Shown piece after piece: positions 48,621 through 61,470 of a DNA stretch of 64,000 bases; within the stretch, counting starts at the first letter, position 1; every line of letters begins with the position of its first letter. Location: the NCBI GenBank assembly GCA_964016885.1, contig OZ024742.1, positions 233,430,001-233,494,000 on the forward strand, read 5' to 3'. The stretch is from Eledone cirrhosa (lineage: Eukaryota). The notes beneath the pieces are model-generated. The model was not told the origin of the DNA. It searched no databases and was given only the letters and a program-made list of their open reading frames with translations. The translations under genes were made by a program, and so were the position numbers.

Positions 48621-50510
48621 CTACCTTTCTGCTTCCCGGGGTTCGGGTCGCACGACTTCCATGGGGTCGGGGTGTTGGGTGAAGGGGTGTCTTGTGGTGG
48701 TGGGGTCGTCAGTGTGTGGTGGGGTTGGAGTGTTTGGAGTTGTGTTGGGGAGGGGAAGGGGAGGGGGGAAGCTTTTTAGTAGGACGCGGTTTATGGGTTT
48801 GACAGAGGGTGGTCCTACGTCCTCCTTAAAATCCTTTCTTAGTTTTTGTAGAGGTTCATTGGGATCTTTATTAATTTTAAATGTGGGTAGTTTTCTGAAG
48901 AAACAAAGTTTACACCTTCGGTTTGTACCGAAGGGTTATTGTTTATGAGTTCATTTAATTTATTATTGTTTCTGTTGATGTAAGTATAGTGTAATGTCTT
49001 TTTTTCGGATGGTGTGAGTGTTTCGAAGAGGGGAGGGGCAGGTTTGGTTTTGTTTGTTGCTGGAGGGGTGTTTTGTGTTTTGTTGGATTGTGTTGACATT
49101 TGGGTAGGGGTTGTTTGGCCTTGTGTGTTTTGCACATGTTTTCTTTTTTTCCTTTTAATCTGTCTGAAGGACTCCGTTTCTTCCTCCGAATTCGTTGGGT
49201 TATCTTCAGTGTTGGAGGGAAGAGGTATGTTTGCTGGTAATGTTTCCGTGTTGGTTTTCTTTGTGGGGGAGATGGATGTCACTATGTTAGACTGTGTTGT
49301 GTGTTGTGGCTGCGGTGGTTGTGTTGTTTTATTGAGTGTGGGGTTGGGTGGGACTGTGTTTTGTTTTTGGGTAATGTGTTGTGACTGTTTGTGTTGTGGT
49401 GGTGGTGTAGTTTTACTGAGGGACGGGTTGGGTGGGACTGAGTTTTGTTGTTTGTTTATCTGTTGTGGTGGTGGTGGAGCTGGTGTTGGTAGCAGGGTTT
49501 TCTTTTTGTTGATTTGGGGACAAGCCGCCTTCAGGCGCCCTCTGCCTGCACAGATATGACAGGACGGCCTTCTCCCCTCCACGCTAATGTTTATATACCC
49601 GTGGCCCTCTAATAGGATTCTGTCGGGTATTTGGGCAATGCGTTCAGGCTTCATTTGCACTACAAGTTCTATACCTGTTCCACTGAACGCATTGCCTGTG
49701 GTTTTCCCAATGGAAATCACGTTGTCATTCGCTGGATCGATGAAGCCAGCTATGAGCCAGCAGTAGTCCACATCTGGCATCATCGCATCCAGCCATATGC
49801 GCTGAGTTCTTTTACCCATATAAGATGGATAAAAGGTAAAATTTGTCGAACGAATCGGCGACAAAGCATATTTTTTTGCCGCCGATTCGTTCTTCATAAT
49901 AATCGCTAGGCTTCCATACAGTCTGTCTCTTCTTATGAAAGTGGTTTCATTAAGTACTTCTGTAAGTACTGCTTTGATTTCTGTTTGTGTTGGTTGTTGA
50001 GGTTTTTTAGAAATGTTGTTGATGGTGCGGAAAACGACCGTCCGACTTTCAATGTCTTTGGTGAGTTCTTGAGGCATTTTTACCGATAAAATACCATTTT
50101 CCCCTTGAGTTATGTATTGTTTGGCGTTTTTAATTCTTTGTGCCACATCTGAAATATTTTCAGGTATATATGTCAAAGATTTCTTTGTTGTTTGTGCAAA
50201 CGAAATATTATTGGTGTTGACTTTGTCGTCTGCTTTGCTTTCTGTTATGATGTTGTTTTCAAATGTTAATTTTGTGTTTGTTGTGTCTCCGTTTGTCATG
50301 CAATTTTTCAAATTTTTTTTTTGTTGTTGGAATCAATGTCCAGATTTGTGTTTTCGTCATTTTTCTCCGCACATTCGTCTGTTTTTCTTTTATTTTTTCT
50401 TTCCTTCTCTATGACGTTAGTTGGGAAGGAAGGGGGGACTAAAGCGTGCGAGCTTACAACTCTTACCGCTGCCCCCCCCCCCCACTATTTTTGTTAGCTT
50501 CGTTTAACAT
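48621..50510 (-). pseudogene. Element C ORF1
   Basis: ORF 48839-50311 plus frameshifted ends; C-terminus MEVVRPEPREAER*. Confidence 0.88.
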
Positions 50511-50744
50511 TTCTGTCAGACGATTGAATTTTTATGCCACAAAATTTTTAAAAACGGGTTTTTCACCCCTGGGAGGGGCGAAGATGAGCTGACCCACCGC
50601 CTGACAGTTCAGACGGGGGGTCAAGCTACACAATAGTATCAAAATTAAAATTGAACTTACAAAATTTCCGCAATAAATTTGAACAATACTTCTGCGCGAA
50701 GTGAATTACATCTACGCTGTAGAACAAACGACAGCTAGATTATA

Positions 50745-50846
<102 letters not shown>

Positions 50847-51847
50847 GCATTTGTAAATAGTTTTGGTTTTGATTTTTTTAATTTCCAAAATGTTATTTCA
50901 AGTAACATCGATATATTGCCGATGTATTAAAATCTTAAATAAATCAATATTATTATAAAATGATTCTTTAAGCTTTCCCACAAATATAAATCTTGTACCT
51001 ATTTTCGCCATAGCATCGAGGCATCAGGAAACATTGTACATAAACACTGTACGTAAAACATCAAAGGAATTTCAATTCTGTCAGCAATTCTTGGTATTAC
51101 TGAACGAAAGTATAATTCATTTATTTAATTTCTGTTGCTGTCGTCAACTTTGGTTGAATAAACTTATGATAAGAGGAATGCCATCCACGACCATCTCGTC
51201 TTTTTACAACTACATTATATAATGTCTTCTTACATTTTTAAGACGTTAAGGTAATGATTGAAGGAGAATTAACTGACATTTCTAACAAGACGAACGACTA
51301 TATAGTGGCTTGTTTATTCATTTTTTTGTGTATGTGTTTTGGGGTTCTTTTTTTCCTGTCTTTGTTACTATTTGGCCCCAAATCTTCTCTGATCAAAGCA
51401 ATTGCAACCAGAAATATACCGTCTTTTTCCAATATGTAGGAAACCCAGAATCACATTATTGAAGGTGTATATTTCTTTTGTGATTTGAGTGAAATATTTG
51501 GCAATTGTTTCTAGCAGGCTGAGCGACAACATAGGATGTTCCTCGAGTGCATTAAGATGGGAAAATATTTCTCATTAAAACAGTTTGAAAGATTTCATAG
51601 CGCAGCAGCTGATGTGTTGTGATTTCATTCTTAGGTTACATCCATATCGATTTACTTATGTTTCTTATAACACTTGACCAAGAATGAACATCACAACTTC
51701 CTATACCAAGAACATGGCAGATGGGATAAATTATAGAGTAAAGGACTAAATGTTTCAAAGTATTTAGTTGTATCTCTTTACTTTCTGAGTTATATTTCCC
51801 CCTGGTTGCCTTTGCCTTTCATCTCAATGAAGTGTCAATCAAATAAT

Positions 51848-52033
51848 TGTTTCTACTTTAGGCACAAGGCCAGCAATTACCCAATGCATTACTGGTACTT
51901 TATTTTATCGACCCCGTAAGGATGAAAGGCAAAGTCAACCTCGGCGGGATTTGAACTCAGATCGTAAAAGGACGTAACTATGCTGGAAAGCATGGCGTCC
52001 GACCCTCTACCGATACTGCCAATCCACCGCCCT
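51848..52033 (-). mobile_element. Young family-1 SINE with 17-bp TSD, nested in an older SINE
   Basis: TSD AGTGTCAATCAAATAAT at 51831-51847 and 52034-52050. Confidence 0.93.
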
Positions 52034-52350
52034 AGTGTCAATCAAATAATATTAATAATATATTAATAAACTAGCTATATCAAATATAACCTCTTTTTAG
52101 AAAATATAATTATATGCTCAAGAAAGTTACAATTTATTATAATTTCGTCATATTTCGAGTTGAGAGGCAGCCTTACCTAATCTGAGAACTAGCTATGCTG
52201 TAATTATAATTTAGGCGTTGAATGTGCAAAGTTGTTAGGACATAGTTGAAATGTTTTGCGGTATTTGTTACGAGCCTCTGCACTCTAAGTTCAAATCCCA
52301 CAGAGGCCGACTTTGCTTTTCATCTATTCGAGGTCATTAATATCGAGTAC

Positions 52351-52540
52351 TAGGCGGTGGATTGGCAGTATCGGTAAGGGTTGGACGCCATGCTTTGAAG
52401 CATAGAGTTACCTCCCTTTATGATCTGAGTTCAAATCCCGCCGAGGTTAACTTTGCCTTTCATCCTTACGGGGTCGATAAAATAAAGTACCAGTAATGCA
52501 CTGGAATAATTGCTGGCCTTGTGCCAAAAGTAGAAACAAT
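52351..52540 (+). mobile_element. Young family-1 SINE with 18-bp TSD, nested in an older SINE
   Basis: TSD ATTAATATCGAGTACTAG at 52336-52353 and 52539-52556. Confidence 0.93.
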
Positions 52541-53205
52541 TAATATCGAGTACTAGTCAAGTGCTGGGATCGATTTCTCCTCTATTCCTTGTTTTCTATC
52601 TCTTTCTCGCAATTTACGGGAAAGTGGTCAGAAAAGGGGTATTCATATTTCGGATCTGCCGATCCATTCATCACCACTGTATGAACACAACATGAAAGAA
52701 AGAAAAAAAGAAAAAAAGAAAGAAAGAAAGAAAAATAATCTTATGCTTGTAGTGTTTAGAATGTTTTTAGATTATGATTGTATTTGTTCCTTGTTATTAC
52801 CAATAAGTAATATACGAAACAACATCCCACGAAGAAATAGCTTTCACTTTCAAATATTTTATTATTCACTTACGATAGAATAAAAAGAGAAATATGACAT
52901 GGTTATGAACGTCAATAATCTAAAACAATATAAAGGCCGTTTTATTTCATTTTATTTATTTATTCATTTATTTATCTATGTATTCTTTTAACAAGATTGC
53001 AGTAAATTGTATGAAAATATCGTTGATATCAGGGCGTGATCGCCTTAACTGGACTGGATTTATTGTGTCGACTGAAGAGAGCTTCAGCGCACTAGGGAGT
53101 AAACACTTGATGGGTTGAGGAGAGAAAACCCATAGGCTCACTGATAACACACAGATAAAGAAAATATTCCTGCACATAGTTTTATCAGCTTCCCCTTAAA
53201 AAATG

Positions 53206-53256
<51 letters not shown>

Positions 53257-53792
53257 TTTTTTTTATTATATATAATCAGACACATTTAAACAGGCGCTCG
53301 AAGACAGCATGTTAAGAGTAATATCAACAACACTACAACACGCAGGGCATTGTGGATAAGCACCTGTTCTTTAAATAGATCACAATGCTTTAATACGGAT
53401 TTTATAGAAATATTCAATTTTTTTTTTAAGTATTATCAGAATGTTTGTTTTCTATTCGTTTCTAGCTTCCGTATGATGAATTTGTAAATAGCAACTCTCT
53501 TCAAATCTTTATTGCACAATGTATATATTTTTTAAGATTTACACACTCATCGAGTTTTATTAATCTCTGATTGCTTGTCCATTCTTCATTTTCTCAAACT
53601 AAATAACATGTAAACATGGGACATTTATTGACAAATATCTTTTGTGGGTTACATATCAAATGGTATATTCTCAATATTTCAATGTAAAAAGACCCGAAAG
53701 AAGTTCTTATTTATATAATGATTCAGTTGCATAGAGAGGAAGCTTCAGTTTGAGAGGCTTGGAGAAATATGAAATTCAGACTGCGTCTTTGT

Positions 53793-54120
53793 TTCTTCTT
53801 CTTCTTCTTCTTCTTCTTCTTCTTCTTCAGAGGGTCGTGGGGGCAGAGTCTTCAAACACTCCTTCCAGCAGGTCCTGTCAGAAACAACCGTCTCCAACTC
53901 ATCCGGCTGCATCACCAAGCGTGACCAGCCAAGCTCATGGATGTTATCCAACCATCATGCTCGGGGGTCTACCCATGAGTCTCCTACTTGGTGGTATTGC
54001 CCGTAAAATCTGTTCAGCGTTTCTTTCCAGAGACATTCTAACCGCATGCCCATAGTATCGGAGCTGTGATCTCTCAATTCGGAGAAGTAGTGGCTCTACC
54101 TGGAGTTACTCTCTGATCTC
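53793..54120 (-). mobile_element. RTE-clade (Rex3/Expander-like) 3' fragment with (GAA)n tail
   Basis: QLRYYGHAVRM...GRPRA.WLDNIHELGWSRL...W...LKTLPPRP followed by GAA repeats. Confidence 0.72.
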
Positions 54121-56461
54121 TAAGATATAAATTGTATAAGAGAAATATCGCCAACTACAAATAAGTACTGATTCGAAGATTTGATTCTGTGAGAGTTTGC
54201 CACAATCACACAGTTCGCTGAAAGCTCACTATTAGAATACATTTTTCAAGGAAATGATCTGTCGATGACGGTTCTCTAAGATCTCATCATTTCATCATGA
54301 TTTGAAAAGATCTCCCTATGTGTGCTGCTTTTGCATTACCGAAAGCAACACTGTGTACCTTGGGTCTGTGTAGTATTTTTTTATTGTTTATTTTTTTGTG
54401 TGTGTGATGTTTCTATTTTACTGAAAGTATTCTACATAAGGTGTGTGCAGAGCTTAACAATGATATTTTCTGTTTCTGGGCATATTTTGAATTCTTTATG
54501 TATATTTATTGCCTCCAGAGCACATATTTCTATAGGGGTTGTTTGTTTGTTTTTTCAATACCCACATTCGCATAGCCATTTCATCGAGAGATACTTTATA
54601 ATTTGTTGACACTGAAACATTTATTAGAAATATTTCTTGTCCTGGTGTTTTATATTACAATATCTGTTCGATTGTTTTGAATTAGCATTTCATAATTCTA
54701 GTATAACTACCAATGAATGTAACTCCCAACTTTGCCATGTCGATGTATTACTTCTTAGGTAACACTAGACATTCTGAGACAATGTCATACAATGCTTCTT
54801 CCCCAATCGCACATATTCTGCAGGTACCTAGTGTATTGTGCTTCATTGTGTGCTTTTGGTGGTTTCAAGTGAGAAGGCTTTGATCTTGTTTTGAAATCAA
54901 GATTCCTTCAGTGTCACTTCTTAACCGGTATTAGGAATAATTCTTGTCTACTACCCCTCTGTTCAGCTTTTCCGAGTATCGGACAAAATGCTTGTACTAT
55001 CTAGTCAAGTCTCTTTTTATTCTGAGTTTGAACGCCTCCAATTTTTACTTTGCCTTTCGTCATTATGGGGTCGATGAAATAAGTATAGTTAAATACTGAG
55101 GTCGATTTCCATTCCTAAAAAATTATGGCCTTATGCTTAACTCAGAATTGCATTAAGGTTAATTGTTGCTTGTATCAATGAATTTGTATCTGCAGATTTA
55201 GCGATAAGTCTCTTCAGCTTCCAAAAAATTGTTTAATGCGAGTTAGAAGTTTAGTATCTGATCACTGAAGGAAAATTCTCCTGAATTCCTTGAAGATCTA
55301 TGATCATTAATGTTTCGCTCCAGATTGTGTATCGTTGAGTGGATGATAAATAAATATTCCTTGGCATGGCACTAAATAATCACAGGTAATATTTTCCAAT
55401 AATCTGCAACATTTTCTCGATAGTTCGGTAGACATTGACATTATAGAATAGTGTTCTATTCAGGGACCATGGAATATCGACAAGGAATTCATGGCTTTCG
55501 AGCAAATAGTTATACCCAATCCGTGAATTGGGAAAATAGTAGGAGTGTCAAAGAAAATACCTTGCCGTATTCATTCCGAGTTCAAATCCCACCGAGCTGA
55601 ACTGCACCTTTCTTATTCTGTAGTTGGTAAATAAAGTACCAGTCTAGGGTAGTTGACTGGCAGAATCATTACAGCCTCAGATGAGATGTTTTATAGTATT
55701 TATTCCGGCTCTTTGTGTTCTAAGTTCAAATCCAGCTGTGTTGTACTTGTGTTGTAGGTTTAATCTTTGTTGCCCAATTTAACACTACCACTTGATCCTT
55801 CGGTAACTTTAGTGGGGTCCATTCTTTTGCAATCACTGGAGGCTGGTATCAGGTTTGGGGATAGCTTTCTCCTGTCCTTCGCAACAGTCTAGGAGACCCT
55901 GACAAAATAGCAAAAAAGGGTCATGGGAGCTTCCCTTCCTCCTCACTCAGTGATAAAACATTACAAACGCGTTCCAGTTGTTGTTGCTTTTTAGTTTCTC
56001 AGTCAACACCTGCATTTTTATATCTTATCATGTTGTACATGTATTTTAAATATTAGCCTGGGGTCAGGGATTTGTGTCCCTTTACGATCAGAGTTCAAAT
56101 TCAGTTGGGGACGAATTTGCTTTTCATACTAACGGGGTCTATAAAATATATGCTTGTGGAGCAATAGAGTTGAATTAATAGAATATACACCCCCAAATTA
56201 TTATATGTTTAGGCTAGAACAGGTAAAATCGATAGAACACCAGAAAATGCCTTGTAATGTTTAGTCATGTTCCTGTATGTTCAAAGGTTAGACCCTCCTT
56301 ATGTAAACTTTGTCATTCGCTCTTCTAGAGTTGATAAAATAAAGTATTCGTAAAATGCTGGGGTCGGTATAATTAACTTCTCTTTCATACAAATGACTAG
56401 CTTTATACCAAAATTAGAAATCACCATTATTATTAGTATTATCATTATTATTGTTTGGTCT

Positions 56462-56680
56462 AATGGTGGTGGATTGGCAGTATCGGTAGAGGGTCAGCCG
56501 CCATGCTTTGCAGCAAAGAGTTACGGCCCTTTATGGTCTAAGTTCAAAATCCTGCCGAGATTAACTTTGCCTTTCATCCTTACGGGGTCGATAAAATAAA
56601 GTACCAGTAAAGTACTGTGGTCGATTTAATCGATTGTCCCCTCCTTCCAAATTACTGGCCTTGTGCCTATACTAAAAATC
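56462..56680 (+). mobile_element. Family-1 SINE with TSD
   Basis: ATTATTATTGTTTGGTCT on both sides (~56444-56461 and 56681-56698). Confidence 0.9.
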
Positions 56681-56698
56681 ATTATTATTGTTTGGTCT

Positions 56699-57165
56699 GC
56701 CAAGACGTATTTGAATACCGCTCTGTAAGTTTTGTCAGTTTTCACGTGTTTACATTTTATTCATCCTTATATTTCTGTCACAAACTGTTTATAAGGCAGC
56801 ACACATTGTACTGTGTTAAGGCGAACCCATAGTATTTGGGCTTTGGGTCCAAATATTTGAACTTTCTTCTTGAAAAATATTTCCCTAAAAAGAAAACATG
56901 GAGGAGAACGCCCCTAACGTTCAGTCAGCTCTCACATGAAACACTCATCAGTTAAGGATACCAACACCACATTAGGTAGTATCGCCTACAGTTCCACCAC
57001 CACCACCAACAACAATAACACCAACAACAGCGAGAACACTAATATGAACAAAAATGACAACACCAACAACAGCAGCAACAACGACAACAACACCACATTA
57101 ACAGCAGCAACGACAACACCAACAACAGCAGCAGCAGCAGCAGCAGCATCAACAACAACACCAAC

Positions 57166-57196
<31 letters not shown>

Positions 57197-58540
57197 TGAA
57201 CAACGACAACACTATGAGCAATAATGGAAAGCAACAAAACAGCAGCACCAAAAAGAACGACAACAACAACAGCAATAACAACAGGAGTATTTTCGCAGCC
57301 ACAGCGTAAAGAATCAAACGCTATATAATTTTGACTTAACTGAAAAAATAAAGAACGTTTGGCCCAGGTGGAAAAAAATATGACTAGAGAAAATGCCTGG
57401 GCCAACTTAAACGTCACGGAAAAGGTGATAGCAGCAAAATAGAGAACATTAAAATATAGATGCATTTCAGTGAAATCTCGAAAAACCGAGACAGCCTCCT
57501 AAGGACAGGTTGAGGGGCATTGAAATGCATCAACAATAATGACATAGAGCATATAGCAAGGACCAGGAAATTTGGGAGAATCTCAGTGCTCTTCAAAACT
57601 GAGGCCCTTACTATAAAGCATTCTGTGGTCCCCAGCAAAAGAGACCAAATAATCATCTACTCGTCCTACATGGGGAGGAGGACATTAGGGGTCCGTGTTC
57701 CCAGGATTCCAACGGGACTAGACTTATGGTGGCTCCTGGGATGTGTGGCGGCAGAGGGACCTGTTACGCTTCTTGACGTTAAATTTACAAAGAGGGAGAG
57801 GTGGTCCGGGACTGGTTTGGAGATTCTTCTCCAAATCAGACCCGAAGACATCAAAATATCGCGGACCACATCAAGCTACCGGACGAGTACGAAATCAAGG
57901 AGGGTAAACGGCCGCACTGTTTCGTTTGTGGTGAAGCCCATACCTTCGAGCCTTTTTCCCCCAGATGAAAACTGCAGGGGGCCTTTACAAAGCTGTTCGA
58001 TGGGCCCACGTGGCAGAGGCGCAACGTGGTAACAAGACCACAATTCGTTCTTTGACGGACCGAGACAGACGCGAGCAGAGCGATTCCAGACAGATGTATG
58101 AGGCCTTTTGTCAGAGCTTCCCTCGCATGTTCGGATGTCCGATCTCATCGAAGCGCTCTACTGCAACTGAGAGCAGGAAGGGGGTATTCCCTGTTCTGAG
58201 AGTCGGGGCGTAGTGACGTTGATGAGGAAAGACGAGAACAAGAGGGACACGTTAGACAACTTCAGGACCATAACTCTGCTAAACCTAGAGTTTAAGATTT
58301 TGGACAAGGTGTTAGCGAAGAGGTTGGCACTTGTCGTCAAGGATTTGGTCGGGGAGGCGCAAACTTGTGCAATCCCGACCAGTTCCATACACGACAACCT
58401 CCACCTCATGCGATACATCATAGAGAGGGTGATGTGTACACCTGGCTTCGGTGGGGCCCTAATCAATTTAGATCAATCGAAAGCTTTCGATATGGTCGAC
58501 AATCGATATCTGGAGGCTGTCCTCAAGGCAGCTGGCTTCA
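56699..58540 (+). mobile_element. Internally deleted L1/Tx1-clade element related to A-C
   Basis: Asn/Thr-rich ORF1 start, FGRISVLFK, SYMGRRT, WSGTGLEI; jumps to ORF2 KAVRWAHVAEA, then NFRTITLLN...LDQSKAFD. Confidence 0.87.
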
Positions 58541-58599
58541 ATTCTGAATCGAATACTCTGATGGCTGGATAATCTTTAAGATTTTCTTCGATGAAGCAG

Positions 58600-58899
58600 G
58601 AAAAATGCAGGTTTTCACCTAATGAGGGCCCTAGGCCATAAAAAAAGTTGGATTTTCTTTGCTCACGGTATGAAGAAGAGACTGAGTAATACATAGTTAC
58701 AATTTCAGGGAAATCGGTCTGACGTAACGCCTCAAGAAAACCCTAAAAAGCTGAAAAAACGCAGTTTTTCACCTAATGTGGCCCTAGGGGATCAAAAAGA
58801 TGATTTTTAATGTGCATCACACTCACTGAAACATAAGTAACACACATGTAAAGTTTGAAAAAAATCGGTTGGGTACTTCTCGAGTTTTAGGGATTGAAA

Positions 58900-58970
<71 letters not shown>

Positions 58971-58990
58971 GGCAGTAGGTGATTATGATG
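58600..58990 (+). mobile_element. DINE-1/HINE-like short element with internal tandem repeat and (CA)n
   Basis: TTTTCACCTAATG.GGCCCTAGG repeated twice; AAAGTTTGAAAAAAATCGGTTG; (CA)n at 58902-58967. Confidence 0.4.
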
Positions 58991-60039
58991 GACACCTACA
59001 AATTATCATTTGGAAGGATTTTTGTGGAATAAGAGGGTTGAAAAACAAATCATAGATACCCTATTTTCAATAAAGATGATGACATATCTTTTACACAGTT
59101 TCCTTTCTCTTTTGAATACCTATCATTTCATTGTTTTCATTCTTTTTTCTTTGGAGATTAAAAAATTTTCGTTGTGGTATATTTAACGAACATGGACGCT
59201 TTTTGCGACAAAATGTATGTAAAATATACATTGTAGATGTCGGGTTAAAGAAAACGGGAAACGCAGAGTCGCTCGTTGCAGTGTGCCAGATCAAAATATA
59301 TCACCAGCTGAATGTGATTAATGGTTCGTACTTTGGATAGCAACGATTAGAGATAGTTGTCAACAAAGTTTTCCATCGAGAACGCCACAAAATCTAAACT
59401 TGTCATCTCATATTAAAAGCCTGTTAGAATGTACACATACGAATTATCATATCAAGCCTATAGAGAAAACAGTCCTGATAGACTTACAGCTGAATCGGGA
59501 ATTTGAGTCATCAATATGTGACTAGCAATAAGACAACAGAAATTAGCAGTGATTGAATGATATTTTAGAGTAATCCGATCGATGAAAATTGGGATCCGGT
59601 AAACAACATCCGATCACACTTAAACAATTAGAAAAAAATAAATGGTTAAAAGTCTTTTCGATATAAGTTATATTAAGTATTTACATACATTAACTAAAAC
59701 ATTCTTTTCTTTTTATGTATTTCCCTATTCTTTCTTTTATTTTGTTTCGCCTTCTTTTTTTATTATTTCTATATTAAAAATAAACATTTCTATCTAAATA
59801 GAACCAGTTAAAATATCTTAATGAAATCCTAGAAATGATATGAAAGGAAAAGATCTAATAATAGAAAATAAGCAACTTCGAATAAACCAAGAAAAGGATT
59901 TAGAAATCATATCTACTAAATTAACAATAACTTAATTTATTAAAAAAACCATTGATTCAAGCTATTCCTACGAATAGAAACAGAGAGAAAGTGACGTCAG
60001 AACGAAAATCCTCCACCTCCAACTAACTTAGGCTCCGCC

Positions 60040-60690
60040 TTTGGGTCCCGGCCGACAGGATGGAAAATACATTGCCACGGAGAACAGAGAGGGAGACGCG
60101 TTGGAACAGCGACTTTACCTCATGGTGCTTTCCCCTGTGGGCGGCCAACACCGCTCTGATGGCAGTGAGTAAGGAGGGGAGGGTGCAAGAACGCTAGAAG
60201 TCTCCACTGCTACAGGCTATAGCACAAACCTATCTGAGAGCGGCCAATTTGCCTTCTTTGGCTTGGCGGGCAGCAGAGCCTGGGCTGATAGCTGAACGCA
60301 CCAGATTGCCATTTGAGTAGGTGTCACAGCAAATGGCATACCAAATGAGGGGCCTATCTTCGGGGAACGGGAAGATTGTCATGCCGTCTGGTCTTTTGCT
60401 GCTTCCTCGGTCCAACCCCACTGCTCCCGTTGAGAGCAGCATGGCATGGGAGGCAGCCAGCACTGTAGCGGTATAACAGTGGGTGGAAACCGAAATGATC
60501 CACATTGGTATCACAGCATATGTGAGGCTCACAGACCCAGTACCCGAGCCTCAGGGAAACACCGATGCGCAGTCGCTATTCAGCACCGATGTGCAGTCGC
60601 TATCCAGCACCGATAGCAGTCGCTATCCAGCTGATTGTCAGTTGCAAGTAATAGAACTGCGTTGAGCCAGAAACCGCTGTGGGGTTGGGA
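60040..60690 (-). mobile_element. CRE-clade-like non-LTR 3' fragment (REL domain)
   Basis: VGLDRGSSKRPDGMTIFPF..RPLIWYAICCDTYS..SPGSAARQAKEGKL. Confidence 0.75.
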
Positions 60691-61437
60691 GGCCGAGCAA
60701 AAACTATAATTGAAGGTGGATAGCCAAACAAGAAATATAAACATCAACATGAAAAGAAAACAAAATCACCAAAGAAAACTTTGAAAGAGTAAGATCAAAC
60801 AAGAAGACTCATTGACTAAATCACTAAAATGTTACTCTGATAGAATATATAATTACACGTCACACTTTTACCACCTGCACATCTCGAACGGCTTCCTCCT
60901 CGTTTCTAAGAACTCACAGGTTAGCTAGGATAACTCAACTATGGCGCTTTGCGCAAAAAAAGGCTGAGCGCGATATTTGTCGTTAGCATGTTACAACTCG
61001 TGGGGTACACAGTTACAAGTCAAACGCAAGAGATGGATGTGGTGTCTTAGCGGTACTCTCAGATTCTCTACAAAGTTTCTAACAGCTCCCTTGGGAATGG
61101 ATAGTGTATACGAAATATGCGCATCGTGAATAGCAAATATTACAAAGGTAACAACCAGATTCGCTCGTTTCTTGTTAGTGTTTTCCCACCTGCGTTTCAT
61201 TTTTCCTCTCGCCTTCTTCCTTATCTTGCTTTGTTACTCCAATATTTAAACCTCCATTTGCATTGTAGCAGCTTTCAAAACTCACCCATTTCAATAAATA
61301 ATGAAAGTCTACAAACCTTATGTCGGCAAAAGTAAACAAACGATGTGAACAAAATACACGAAGTGGTAAAAACACGTGGTGTGTAGCCAGATGAAATAAT
61401 AACAATAATAACGTTTTTTTTTCAATAAAAGCTTGGT

Positions 61438-61470
<33 letters not shown>

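Larger units (their letters stand above)
44958..50735 (-). mobile_element. Full-length L1/Tx1-clade LINE, element C
   Basis: ORF1 ~50510-48621 (490-aa piece with CHICAGRGRLKAAC); ORF2 48587-45174 with APE, YADD and CPRC..H..C; same 3' terminus; GATA array at the 5' side. Confidence 0.95.

Noticed and set aside
33525-50735. Simple tandem triplication or LTR element
   Set aside because: Copies are strongly diverged in ORF1 and UTRs; no LTRs, protease or integrase; APE-RT order is non-LTR
53071-53310. CTGAAGAGAGC...GCTCGAAGAC as a split hammerhead
   Set aside because: Halves are over 200 bp apart and the GAAA core is imperfect; cannot be supported
59992-59999. TGACGTCA CRE-like transcription-factor site
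   Set aside because: A single 8-mer with no associated gene is expected by chance in 64 kb
60860-61400. Slightly CpG-richer stretch as a host promoter or first exon
   Set aside because: No convincing ORF or splice-site pair; not supportable from sequence alone
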